Positions 37,321 to 47,040 of a stretch of DNA of 64,000 nt are shown here, piece after piece. The translations under genes and the position numbers were made by a program. Position 1 is the first letter of the stretch; each line of letters begins with the position of its first letter. The notes under the pieces were generated by a model. The model saw only the letters and a list, made by a program, of their open reading frames with translations, had not been told where the DNA came from and made no database searches. Origin of the DNA: Vulcanimicrobiota bacterium (lineage in GTDB: Bacteria > Vulcanimicrobiota > Xenobia > Xenobiales > JADMJV01); contig JBFWNU010000001.1 of NCBI GenBank assembly GCA_050250895.1, positions 1,806,884 to 1,870,883 on the forward strand, read 5' to 3'.

Positions 37321-38529
37321 ATGGAAAGCTACATCCAGGAACCGATGGCGGTATTGGCCGTGCTGCTGGCAGTGCTGGCCGCCCTGTTTGGTCTTGACCG
37401 CCACCCCGAAGCGAGCAAAGTCTTCAAAGTCGTCCCGCTGCTGGTGTTTGCCTATTTCGTACCCACCATCTTGTCGAATACCGGCTTGATTCCCCTGGAC
37501 GGGGATTTCGTGCTTTATGAGTTCATCAAAGACTGGTTGCTGCCGGCCAGTCTGGTTCTCTTGATCCTGGCTGTGGATGTGCCGGCCATCGTCGGCCTGG
37601 GACGCAACGCCGGGCTTCTTTTTCTGGTTGGCACCGGGACCATTGTGGTGGGCGGTCCGCTGGCCATGCTTTTGTTCGGCTGGATGCTGCCCGCCGATAT
37701 GGGCGAACAGGCCTGGAAGGGTCTGGCCGCCCTGTCTGGTTCGTGGATCGGGGGTGGAGCGAACTTCACGGCCATCGGCGAGAGCGTGGGGGCCACTGAT
37801 TCTACCCTCTCCTTGATGGTGGTGGTGGATGTGGCGGTGGCCAATGTCTGGATGGCCATCCTGTTAAGCTTCGCGGCGCGCGAGAAGGAGATGGACGCCC
37901 GCATCGAGGCCGACCGCACCACGGTCGACGAGTGCCTGCGGCGAGTGGAAGAGTTTCAAGGCCAGGTGGCTCGCCCTACTAATCTGCCGGATGTGCTGTT
38001 GATGCTGGCGGTCGCCTTCGGCGGCACTGCCCTGGCGCATTTCGTCGGACCCCGGCTTCCTCAGACCGACCTGATCGGCGGCTTCACCTGGGTAGTCATT
38101 CTGGTGACCGCACTGGGTCTGTCTCTTTCCTTCACCTCGCTACGTTCGCTGGAGGGCGCCGGCGCCAGCGCGCTGGGCTCGGTCTTTCTCTACCTGTTGG
38201 TGGCAACCATCGGAGCCAAAGCCGAGTTCAGCCGCGTCTTCGAGCCCCAGAATGCCGTCTTCGTGTTGGTGGGAGCGGTCTGGATGATGTTCCATGGCGT
38301 GCTACTGCTGTTGGTGCGGCGCTGGTTGAAGGCTCCGATCTTCTTTGCGGCGGTCGGTTCTCAGGCCAATGTCGGCGGGGCCGCCTCGGCTCCGATCGTG
38401 GCCTCGGTCTTCCATCCGTCGCTGGCTCCGGTCGGCGTGCTATTGGCCATCGCCGGCTACGTGATGGGGGTGTATGGTGGCCTGGTCTGCGCCGCCTTGC
38501 TCAGGGCGGCCTACTTCGTTTGGCACTGA
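37321..38529 (+). CDS. DUF819 family membrane protein
   Basis: About 11 TMs; GSWIGGGANF and GSQANVGGAASAP. Confidence 0.88.
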   Translation: MESYIQEPMAVLAVLLAVLAALFGLDRHPEASKVFKVVPLLVFAYFVPTILSNTGLIPLDGDFVLYEFIKDWLLPASLVLLILAVDVPAIVGLGRNAGLLFLVGTGTIVVGGPLAMLLFGWMLPADMGEQAWKGLAALSGSWIGGGANFTAIGESVGATDSTLSLMVVVDVAVANVWMAILLSFAAREKEMDARIEADRTTVDECLRRVEEFQGQVARPTNLPDVLLMLAVAFGGTALAHFVGPRLPQTDLIGGFTWVVILVTALGLSLSFTSLRSLEGAGASALGSVFLYLLVATIGAKAEFSRVFEPQNAVFVLVGAVWMMFHGVLLLLVRRWLKAPIFFAAVGSQANVGGAASAPIVASVFHPSLAPVGVLLAIAGYVMGVYGGLVCAALLRAAYFVWH

Positions 38530-39350
38530 GGTAGAGGCCGCCGCCGCTCGCCACGTCGGGCCGGCGTCAAAACGTGGGCCACGGTATAGGCCTCGTCATA
38601 CCGCTCCTGCTCGAGCATGGCGTCTAGATGGGCCAGCAACTGGCTGCAGCGGCGCCGCGCAAACCTCAGCCGCACCTCTTGTTGGCACGTCAACGAGCCC
38701 ACTCGCCGCAGCCGCTCGAGTTCGCTGATCAGAAAGTAGCGACGCATCTGCTCACTGAGCCGATCGGGATACTCCCTGAAGCCGAATTTCCTGTGCCAGG
38801 CCGCGCTCGGCAGGTTGGCCAGTTGGTAGGCGCTGGTCAGGTGGGTCTCGCCGCTCTCCAAGAGCTGCCGACAGCAGGCTCCCACGGCCACCGCGGCCAG
38901 CCCTCGCCGATGGTGGTCGGGAGCCACGAACAGCAAGTCGAGGTGAGGCCCGGTCACGGTCTCGACCAGCAAGGCGGCGGCCAGCGGCCGACCGTGCTCC
39001 TCTAGCACCACCGACTCGGGTCGAGGCTGACCCCGTTCCCCCTCGAAGTAGGTGGCGATGGATTCGCGGGCCGCGTTCTCGGCCTGCTCGGGGCTATAGC
39101 CGGCGTACTCCACGGAAGGGCCGAAGGCGGCCAGGCAGAGTGGCCATAGGGTCTCGCTCTGGCTGGGTCGGGGAGCCTGGCCGGCGGATGGATGGCCGAC
39201 CCGCAATTCTAATGATGCTACCACACAGCAGGCTCCGGGCTCGATTCGAGCCACACCGTCGAGATACTCGTAGCGCCAGCCGAGGTGGCGAGGGAGGCGC
39301 CAGAACTCCTCCCTGGTTAACCGCTGGGTGCCGACGAGGAACGAAGTCAC
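38511..39350 (-). CDS. GNAT family N-acetyltransferase (start uncertain)
   Basis: LFVAPDHHRRGLA acetyl-CoA motif and N..SAAWHRKFGF. Confidence 0.75.
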   Translation of the reverse strand: MTSFLVGTQRLTREEFWRLPRHLGWRYEYLDGVARIEPGACCVVASLELRVGHPSAGQAPRPSQSETLWPLCLAAFGPSVEYAGYSPEQAENAARESIATYFEGERGQPRPESVVLEEHGRPLAAALLVETVTGPHLDLLFVAPDHHRRGLAAVAVGACCRQLLESGETHLTSAYQLANLPSAAWHRKFGFREYPDRLSEQMRRYFLISELERLRRVGSLTCQQEVRLRFARRRCSQLLAHLDAMLEQERYDEAYTVAHVLTPARRGERRRPLPQCQTK

Positions 39351-39422
39351 CTCGATGGCTTCGCGTCCGGTGCGGTCGGGCCCTGGAAGGTGAATCAGTC
39401 GGTCGTGAGAATCCTGGGCGCT

Positions 39423-40080
39423 ATGAATCCCGAGTTGTTCGAGTTTTTCCGCGAGCTCAAGGCCAACAATCAGCGCGAGTGGTTCGAGGCTAACAAGAAG
39501 CGCTATCACCAGCAGGTGCGCGACCCTCTGCTGGCCTTCATCGAGGCGTTCGCTCCCCATCTCGAGGCTATCAGCCCCCACTTTCTGGCCGAACCCAGAG
39601 CCAACGGCGGATCGATGTTTCGCATCTATCGGGACGTTCGTTTCTCGAAAAAACAAGAGCCCTTACAAGACCCACGCCGCCCTGCAGTTTCGACACGAGG
39701 CCGGGCGCGATGTCCACGCTCCCGGCTTCTATCTGCACCTAGAGCCCGGCAACGTCTTTTGCGGGGCCGGGCTGTGGCGCCCCGACAACCAGGCGCTGGC
39801 CGCCATTCGTCAGGCCATCGACGAGCGGCCCGGCGACTGGGAAGAGGCCAGCCAGGGCAACTTTCGGATCGAGGGAGACAGCCTCAAGCGTCCTCCTCGG
39901 GGCTACCCTCTGGACCATCCGTTGCTCGAGGCGCTCAAGCGCAAGGACCATGTGGCCGTGGTCGACCTTGACGAAAAGTTGGCCACCAGTTCGAATTTTC
40001 TCGAAATCTTCGCTGGACACTGCCGTGAATTCTCAGGTTTGATGCGATTTCTGACCCGTTCGGTAGGATTGCCGTTTTGA
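39423..40080 (+). pseudogene. DUF2461 family gene interrupted by a +1 frameshift in an A6 run
   Basis: ELKANNQREWF..FRIYRDVRFSK in one frame; KSPYKTH..PGFYLHLEPG..LKRPPRGY..LKRK..LPF-stop continues in another frame from 39655. Confidence 0.85.
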
Positions 40081-40150
40081 TCCGGATCAGCCAGGAACCC
40101 CGGGAGCGAACAAAGAACACAGTCGGCCAGCGATTAACGCGGAGCGCTTG

Positions 40151-41236
40151 ATGGAAACGAAGACTGACAACCCCACCGAGGAGTTACCACCGATTAAAGC
40201 TGAAAACACGGGCGATTCGGAGGAAATCGGCAGCGAGACCGATCAGGTCACCCGAACCCTCGTGGCCATCGGCGATTTGCACGGCGACTATTTCCGCATG
40301 CTGCGACTGCTGCGCGAGAACGACCTGATTCTGCCGGGCACGACCGTGTGGAACCCCGACAAAAAGCGCGTCGATCTGGTCTTGATCGGCGATTATGTCG
40401 ATTGGCGCAACGAGCCTCTCGAGGGGCCTCAAGAGCAGTGGGTCGAGGGCGCTCGGCGCATCATCGAACTGCTCTTTAGTCTGCACCACCAGCTCGAAAA
40501 GCTTCGCTCCAACGACGATTCGTTCAAGAGTCACATCTACGCCCTGCTCGGCAACCACGACGAAATGATGATCGAAGCGCACACTCTGTTCGATTTCATG
40601 GGTCTCGATAAGCTCGAAGAGTTTCTGCAGTCGGTCGAGGGCAATATCCAGGTTCGCACAGCCATTCAGGGTCTGGGCCTGGGTCCGGGCGAAGTCGAGA
40701 AAGTGCTGAAGTTCCTGAACTGGTATGTTCAGGGTGGCCGCGCCACCATCGAAGGCTATAAAGGCATTCGCGAATGGAAAGAGGCCATGGATACGGACAT
40801 GGGCGATTTCCTGCGCACCTACCTGCGGCTGGGCGTGGTGGTCAACAATCGGCTGTTCGCCCACACCGCCCCCGATCCGCGCCAGTTCTGGCTGCCGATC
40901 AACGACATCATGGAGCTGCCCGAGTCCACCTACCGTCAGGCCAAAGAGGCCTTCCTGTGGAGCCGCAAGGTGTGGGGGTACGACTACTGCACCGGCTCGC
41001 GCACCGTCCCGTTCACGGCGGAAGAGATGGACGAGATGCTCGAGAATATGGGCGTCGAAGGCGTAGTGGTCGGCCACACTCCCCTGCCCCACGACGGCAA
41101 ACCGGTAGTGGCCTACGACGGTCGCGTCATCAATATCGACCTGCACGCCTTTCCGGGGAGCGAAGCCTACATCGAGACCTACGTCCCCAACGGCGACAAT
41201 CGCGACCCTCTGAGAGACCCTTCCCTCGGTCGTTAA
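40151..41236 (+). CDS. Calcineurin-like metallophosphoesterase
   Basis: GDLHGD, GDYVD, GNHD, VVGHT and INID. Confidence 0.88.
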   Translation: METKTDNPTEELPPIKAENTGDSEEIGSETDQVTRTLVAIGDLHGDYFRMLRLLRENDLILPGTTVWNPDKKRVDLVLIGDYVDWRNEPLEGPQEQWVEGARRIIELLFSLHHQLEKLRSNDDSFKSHIYALLGNHDEMMIEAHTLFDFMGLDKLEEFLQSVEGNIQVRTAIQGLGLGPGEVEKVLKFLNWYVQGGRATIEGYKGIREWKEAMDTDMGDFLRTYLRLGVVVNNRLFAHTAPDPRQFWLPINDIMELPESTYRQAKEAFLWSRKVWGYDYCTGSRTVPFTAEEMDEMLENMGVEGVVVGHTPLPHDGKPVVAYDGRVINIDLHAFPGSEAYIETYVPNGDNRDPLRDPSLGR

Positions 41237-42159
41237 TGCTGGTTGACGAGGTTCGGGCCCTTATCGACAATGTCGAAAGGGTCATTCTGGGCAAACGCGA
41301 TACGATCGAGATCGTCGTCGTCGCTTTGCTCTGTGAGGGGCACGTTCTGCTCGAGGATGTGCCCGGCGTAGGCAAGACCATGCTCAGTCGCGCGGTGGCG
41401 CGCTCGCTCGGCTGCAGCCATGCTCGCGTGCAGTGCACCCCGGACCTCCTACCCACCGACTTGACCGGGGTCAACGTTTTCAACCAGAAGACCTCTGACT
41501 TCGACTTTAGGCCCGGGCCTCTCCACCATCAGGTCATTCTGGCCGACGAGATCAATCGAGCCACGCCCAAGACGCAATCGGCGCTGCTCGAGTGTATGGA
41601 AGAGCGCCAGATCACCATTGATGGCGTGACTCATCCCCTGCCTCGTCCGTTTCTGGTGCTGGCCACCCAAAACCCGGTCGAGCACGAGGGCACTTTTCCT
41701 TTGCCCGAGGCGCAACTCGACCGCTTCATGGTGCGGGCTCGCCTGGGCTATCCCAGCGCCGAAGCCGAGAAGCAGATGCTCAAAGGCCAACAGATGGCCC
41801 ACCCGGTCGAGAGCGTGAGCCAGGTGCTCGAGGGGGCGCGGCTGCTCGAGCTGCAGGCCGAGGTGCGCAAAATTCACGTCAGCGAGAGCCTGCTCGACTA
41901 TCTGGTGCACCTGGTTCGTCAGACCCGCGAGAACGCCGACCTGCGCCTGGGGGCCAGTCCCCGGGGCAGCCTGGCTCTCTTTCGGGCGGCCCAGGCCTGC
42001 GCCGCCCTCGACGCGCGCGACTTCGTGCTGCCCGACGACATCCAGAAGATGGCCCTGCCCACCCTCGGCCACCGTCTCTTGCATCGAGGCGACCTGACCG
42101 GGCAGGCCAGCGAACAGCTGATTGCCGAGCTGGTCTCTCGGGTGCCCGTGCCGGTTTGA
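41236..42159 (+). CDS. MoxR family AAA+ ATPase
   Basis: LLEDVPGVGKT, TPDLLPTD, LADEINR, ATQNP and LPEAQLDRF. Confidence 0.93.
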   Translation: MLVDEVRALIDNVERVILGKRDTIEIVVVALLCEGHVLLEDVPGVGKTMLSRAVARSLGCSHARVQCTPDLLPTDLTGVNVFNQKTSDFDFRPGPLHHQVILADEINRATPKTQSALLECMEERQITIDGVTHPLPRPFLVLATQNPVEHEGTFPLPEAQLDRFMVRARLGYPSAEAEKQMLKGQQMAHPVESVSQVLEGARLLELQAEVRKIHVSESLLDYLVHLVRQTRENADLRLGASPRGSLALFRAAQACAALDARDFVLPDDIQKMALPTLGHRLLHRGDLTGQASEQLIAELVSRVPVPV

Positions 42160-42231
42160 AACTGGCGGTGGTCGGTAGAGGAGGCAGGACCTGGGGCGAG
42201 AACACCGGCCCAATCTTGCTTGGAGGCTTCC

Positions 42232-43677
42232 ATGGTCAGAGTTCGATTTGCTCCCAGTCCCACCGGCTATCTTCACGTCGGTGGATTGCGGACCGCACTG
42301 TATAATTTTCTGCTGGCTCGTCAGCAAGGCGGCAAGTTCTTGTTGCGGGTCGAGGATACCGACCGTAATCGCTATGTCGAGGGCGCAGTCGAGAGCATGA
42401 TCGAGTCGCTGGCCTGGGCCGGAGTGACCATCGACGAGGGGGTGGGCGCCGGAGGCGAGCTGGGACCGTATACCCAGAGTGAACGGCTCGATATCTATCG
42501 CCAGCACGTCGACATCTTGCTGGACAACGGCCACGCCTACTATTGCTTCGCTACTCCCGAAGAGCTGCAACAGATGCGCGATGAGCAGACCAAAGCCGGC
42601 CAGATGGTAATGTACGATCGTCGCTACCGCGGGCTTGACCCGGCCGAGGCCAAAAGCCGCGTCGAGGCGGGCGAGAAGCACGTGGTGCGAATGAAGATCC
42701 CCGACCACGAGACGGTGGTCATCGACGACCAGGTGCGGGGAGAAGTCAAGTTCGATACGAGTCTGGTGGACGACCAGGTGCTGCTCAAAGCCGACGGGTT
42801 TCCGACTTATCACCTGGCGGCCGTGGTCGACGACCATCTCATGGAGATCACCCACGTGATCCGGGGCGAAGAGTGGCTCACCTCGACACCCAAGCACCTG
42901 CTGCTCTATCGGTTCTTCGGCTGGGAGCCGCCGCGGTTTGCCCACCTGCCTCTGATCGTCAATCAACAGAAGAAGAAGCTGTCCAAGCGTGACGGCGATG
43001 TGTCGGTCGAGGCCTATCGCGAAAAGGGGTACCTGCCGCTCGGTCTGGTCAACTTTCTGGCCTTGTTGGGCTGGAACGCTGGGGACGACAAGGAGTTCTA
43101 CGCCAGTCTTGACGAGTTGAGCCAGGCTTTCAGCGTCGAGCGGGTCCACAAGTCCTCGGCCGTCTTTGATTTTGACAAGCTTAAACACATCAATTTCCTG
43201 CATATGCGGGCCACTCCCAGCCAGGAGCTAAGGAAAGAGCTGGTCCCGTTCTTCGCCAGGGCCGGCATCGAGATGCCTTCGGCCGATTATCTCGACGGGG
43301 TGATCGAACTGATGCGCGAGCGGGCTAGCCTGCTCACCGACCTGGTCGAGGGAGCGCGCTATTTTTACGAAGACCCCACCGAGTTTGACACCAAGACCCT
43401 CAAGAAGCGCTGGAAGGACGATTCTCCCGAGCTGCTCAGGGCTTATGCCGATGCCCTCGAGAGCTGTGAGTGGAAAGCCGATCAGCTGGAAGCGGTTCTG
43501 CGCTCGGTATGCGAGGCTCGCGAGGCCGGGGCCGGTAGGCTGATCCATCCCGCCCGGCTGGCGGTCAGCGGGGTGGGCGGTGGCCCGGGCCTCTTCGAGA
43601 TGCTCGAGCTGATCGGACGGCAAGCATGCGTGCGGCGGATGCGCCGGGCGGCCGAGACGTTGGCGGTGACGCCGTGA
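42232..43677 (+). CDS. gltX: Glutamyl-tRNA synthetase
   Basis: RFAPSPTGYLHVGG, THVIRGEEW and KLSKR. Confidence 0.97.
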   Translation: MVRVRFAPSPTGYLHVGGLRTALYNFLLARQQGGKFLLRVEDTDRNRYVEGAVESMIESLAWAGVTIDEGVGAGGELGPYTQSERLDIYRQHVDILLDNGHAYYCFATPEELQQMRDEQTKAGQMVMYDRRYRGLDPAEAKSRVEAGEKHVVRMKIPDHETVVIDDQVRGEVKFDTSLVDDQVLLKADGFPTYHLAAVVDDHLMEITHVIRGEEWLTSTPKHLLLYRFFGWEPPRFAHLPLIVNQQKKKLSKRDGDVSVEAYREKGYLPLGLVNFLALLGWNAGDDKEFYASLDELSQAFSVERVHKSSAVFDFDKLKHINFLHMRATPSQELRKELVPFFARAGIEMPSADYLDGVIELMRERASLLTDLVEGARYFYEDPTEFDTKTLKKRWKDDSPELLRAYADALESCEWKADQLEAVLRSVCEAREAGAGRLIHPARLAVSGVGGGPGLFEMLELIGRQACVRRMRRAAETLAVTP

Positions 43678-44432
43678 GCTGGTTGTTAGCTCTGGATTTC
43701 GACGGAGTCATCTGGGATAGCGTCGGCGAATGCTATCAAGTTGGCCGGCGCACCTATGAGAAGCTGTTTGGCCCTCTGCCAGAACTCGAGCACGGTTTTC
43801 GCCGGGGTCGGTGGCTGGTGCGCACAGGCGACGACTTCTATGTGGTCTTTCGGCTTTTGCTCGAGAACCCGGACATCGATTTCGAGGCCATGGACAAGAC
43901 CGCGTTTCTGGCCCAGAAGCTCGAATGGCAGGCGAACTGCGAACGCTTTCACCGCGAGTTCTACGCGGCCCGAGAAGCCCAGCGCGAGAACGACTTCGCG
44001 ACCTGGGCCAGCTTCCAGCGACCCTATCCCGAGTTCGTGGCTCAGTTGCCGCGCCTGCGCGAGATGTTCTCGACGGTGGCCATCTGCACCACCAAGGACG
44101 AGGCTTCGGTGGCCCGTTTGCTGGCCACGATCGGATTGGACCTGCCCGTCTACGGCAAGGAATTCTCCACCGACAAAGCGGTTCAGATGAGTCGTGTCTG
44201 CCAGGAGTGGAACGTCGCTCCGGCCAAGGTCTTCTTCATCGACGATCTGATGGATAATTTGTTGGCGGTAGCCCCCACCGGCGCCCGTCCGATGCTGGCA
44301 GCCTGGGGCTACAACACGCCGGCCGAACAATCCGAAGCCCAGCAGCGAGAGATTCCGGTGCTGGGTCTCGAGGGACTGGCTGAGCAACTGGCTGAGCTGA
44401 AGGAACGCTATAACCTCGGTCCGTGCGCCTGA
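43674..44432 (+). CDS. HAD family hydrolase
   Basis: LDFDGVIWDS, CTTK, FIDD and WGYN. Confidence 0.85.
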   Translation: MSWLLALDFDGVIWDSVGECYQVGRRTYEKLFGPLPELEHGFRRGRWLVRTGDDFYVVFRLLLENPDIDFEAMDKTAFLAQKLEWQANCERFHREFYAAREAQRENDFATWASFQRPYPEFVAQLPRLREMFSTVAICTTKDEASVARLLATIGLDLPVYGKEFSTDKAVQMSRVCQEWNVAPAKVFFIDDLMDNLLAVAPTGARPMLAAWGYNTPAEQSEAQQREIPVLGLEGLAEQLAELKERYNLGPCA

Positions 44433-45106
44433 TCCTGTTTGACATCGACGGAACGCTGATCGCCACGGGAGGGGCCGGCATGCGGGCCCTCGGTCGGGCC
44501 TTTCTAGAAACTTGTGGTCTGGCCATACCGCCCGAGGTGCAGGCGGCCGGCATGACCGACCCCTTGATCGTGCGCGAAGCTTTTCGGTTGGCGGGGGTGG
44601 CCGGTCAGGCCTGGGCTGCTCACGAAGAGGTCATCTGGAGTTTGTATCCGGCCTATCTCGAGCAAGAGATGACCTCGGTGTGCACCCGCTCGGGTCTGTT
44701 GCCGGGCGTCCTCGAACTGCTCAAAGGCCTGGTCGACAAAGACGTGCGCCTGGGTCTCTTGACCGGCAATCTCGAGACCACCGCCCGCATCAAGCTTCAC
44801 CCGTTCGGTCTCAACGAGTTCTTCCCCATCGGAGCTTATGGGTCCGATTGCGCCGACCGGTGCCGATTGGGGGCGGTGGCGCTCGAGCGGGCACGCCGTC
44901 ATTATGGATTGGATTTTCGGCCCGAAGCCACCTGGTTCGTGGGCGACACTCCTCGCGACATCGCGGCTGCTCGGGCCACCGGAGCGCGGGTGCTGGCGGT
45001 GGGGACCGGGCCCATGACTCGGACGGTTCTCGAAGAGTTCTTGCCGGACGCGGCCCTGGACCATCTCGGCGAGCTGGAGGCGACTCTCGAGGTGTTGCTG
45101 GGCTGA
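44423..45106 (+). CDS. HAD family phosphatase
   Basis: FDIDGTL, LLTGN and VGDTPRDI. Confidence 0.9.
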   Translation: MRLILFDIDGTLIATGGAGMRALGRAFLETCGLAIPPEVQAAGMTDPLIVREAFRLAGVAGQAWAAHEEVIWSLYPAYLEQEMTSVCTRSGLLPGVLELLKGLVDKDVRLGLLTGNLETTARIKLHPFGLNEFFPIGAYGSDCADRCRLGAVALERARRHYGLDFRPEATWFVGDTPRDIAAARATGARVLAVGTGPMTRTVLEEFLPDAALDHLGELEATLEVLLG

Positions 45107-45396
45107 TGTTTGTCGGGATAGCTCATTTTGACCTGTTTTTGCTCGAGCAGCCGAATTCGTTGAAGGGCAAGCGTTCGGTGGTGCGGCGACTGGTCGATCG
45201 TATCCGCTCTCGATTGAGTGTGTCAGTGGCCGAAGTGTCTCACCAGGAACTCTGGCAACGGGCCGGTCTGGGGATAGCCGTGGTCAGCTCGGACCAGAAG
45301 TTGGCCGAGAAACTTCTCGACGACGTGGCTCGCTTGATCGTGGGGGAGGGAACGGTGGAAATCGTGGACCAGCAGGTGGAAGTTTCAAGCTGGTAA
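45106..45396 (+). CDS. DUF503 (YlxP-like) protein
   Basis: SLKGKRSVV..SVAEV..QELWQRAGLG; TGATG overlap. Confidence 0.9.
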   Translation: MFVGIAHFDLFLLEQPNSLKGKRSVVRRLVDRIRSRLSVSVAEVSHQELWQRAGLGIAVVSSDQKLAEKLLDDVARLIVGEGTVEIVDQQVEVSSW

Positions 45397-45447
45397 ATGG
45401 GGGTCTTTTTTTGCCGATGTCGAATAGGTAGGGTGGAAAAGAGGCAA

Positions 45448-47004
45448 ATGATGCAAGAAAATGCGTTCGCAAATCTACTGGGCGCCCGGGAGCGACGATC
45501 GTCGCTACGAGGCTTCGAGAAGAAGGCCGTTATCGGGTTTTTGGTCACCCTGAGCACGATGCTTGTGGTTGGGGTGGGTGTAGGCGCCCTGATGGATAGC
45601 TCGGTCTCGGTCGAGCAGCTCGGATTTGGCTTGATCCAGTTGTTGTTCTGGCCGCTAATCTTCATCCTGGCGCTGGCTCTGCCGCTGCTACAGGTGGGGC
45701 GCGATTCTTCGGTCCACGCTTCTTTTCTGCAAGGGGGCTGCTACTCCGAGGTACTGGCCACCCGGCTCACCAGCCGCGAGGTGGTCGACGGTGTCGCCCT
45801 GCATTCGGCGCGCGCCGCTGTGGGTTCTTCCTGGCGAGGAGTGTTGTTTGGCGCGTTGGTGGGCAGTGTCGCCTACCCTCAGCACCTCGACCTGATCTGG
45901 GCCATGACTTTGCTGTGGTTTCCCATCACCTGGGTGACCTGCTTGTGCGGCTCTTACCTCAACCAGCAGATGGGCATCTGGCGTGGCCAGTTGCGCAAGG
46001 ACCTGGGCGCCTTCTTTACCGACCTGTTACTGGTGGCCATTCTCTGTCTGCCCTTGCTGTTGGCGGCCACAACCGTCGAGTTGATGACGGTTTCAGGTAT
46101 CGAAGAGGGACCGCTGCTGGTATTGCCTCTGCTCATTCTGGCCGGCACGGCTCTGACGCGTTACCTGGCCATCCTTGGCCTCGAGCGCCTGCCCCGGATG
46201 CAGGGTCAGGCTCGCCAGACCGGCAGGCGGCTACTGGGGACCACCCGCAATCCCTGGATCAAACCCTGGAGCGACAACGCGGTGGTGGTGCGGGAAGCCT
46301 ATAAAGAGTCAGCCCGCACTCCCGGTGGTCTGGTGGGTTGGCTTTTCCTCAAACATTGGTTCTTACTGGGAGCGCTGGCCATGTGCACTCCCCTGCTGTT
46401 GATCGACGACAGCGAAGCAGCCATGGCTTGCTACGCTATCTTCCTGTTCCTGTTTGGGACGACTCAATGGGTGCTGGCAGGCCTGCGCACTCGCTCGGCC
46501 GTCATCGGCGAGATCGAGAATCGCACCTTCGCCATGCTGGAGAATACCTGTCTGACGACGGGCGAGTTCGTGCAGGGTTGGTTGACCGTGGGTTCGGTTC
46601 GAGGAGTGTTGCAAAGCCTCATCTTGCTGGTGCCACTGACCCTTTTTGCCCTCAAAGGCGGGGTGCCGCTCTCGGTGGCGTTCTTCCTCGGACTGGGCTT
46701 CGTCGGTCTACCCCTTTTCGGGGCGGCAGCCGGGCTCTATGCCTCGGTGGCTCCGACCCGGCGCGATGTCAATACCCGCTTCGGTATGACCCTGATGCTG
46801 TGGCCCTGGCTTTATGGCTTTTGCGCCATGATGCTGCTGCAGGCAGTGCTGTTACTGAGCATCCTCGCCGGCTCGGGCCTCAATGTCGAAGACTATGTGC
46901 TGACCGGGCCCAACGTGGCTGCCTTCACCTGCCTGTTCGTGGCTGGTTGCATCCTGTTGCTGTGCCGTTCGGTCAGCGAGAGCATCGGCTTGATGAAGCG
47001 CTAA
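45448..47004 (+). CDS. Polytopic membrane protein with two ABC-2 permease-like halves
   Basis: About 12 TMs; repeated motif (EVLATRLTSREVVDG / MLENTCLTTGEFVQG). Confidence 0.6.
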   Translation: MMQENAFANLLGARERRSSLRGFEKKAVIGFLVTLSTMLVVGVGVGALMDSSVSVEQLGFGLIQLLFWPLIFILALALPLLQVGRDSSVHASFLQGGCYSEVLATRLTSREVVDGVALHSARAAVGSSWRGVLFGALVGSVAYPQHLDLIWAMTLLWFPITWVTCLCGSYLNQQMGIWRGQLRKDLGAFFTDLLLVAILCLPLLLAATTVELMTVSGIEEGPLLVLPLLILAGTALTRYLAILGLERLPRMQGQARQTGRRLLGTTRNPWIKPWSDNAVVVREAYKESARTPGGLVGWLFLKHWFLLGALAMCTPLLLIDDSEAAMACYAIFLFLFGTTQWVLAGLRTRSAVIGEIENRTFAMLENTCLTTGEFVQGWLTVGSVRGVLQSLILLVPLTLFALKGGVPLSVAFFLGLGFVGLPLFGAAAGLYASVAPTRRDVNTRFGMTLMLWPWLYGFCAMMLLQAVLLLSILAGSGLNVEDYVLTGPNVAAFTCLFVAGCILLLCRSVSESIGLMKR

Positions 47005-47040
47005 GGGCCGGTCAGGAATAAACTAGGAAACGGTGCGGGC

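Noticed and set aside
40774-41235. N-terminal extensions in the ORF track for MoxR, PaoC, Ppa, LspA and DUF503
   Set aside because: They overlap upstream genes in another frame; the true starts are at downstream stop/start overlaps or RBS-linked codons.
41449-43203. 584-aa minus-strand ORF (and similar shadows at 7164-8501 and 52731-53999)
   Set aside because: Antisense to moxR/gltX, purA and rel respectively; an artefact of codon bias.
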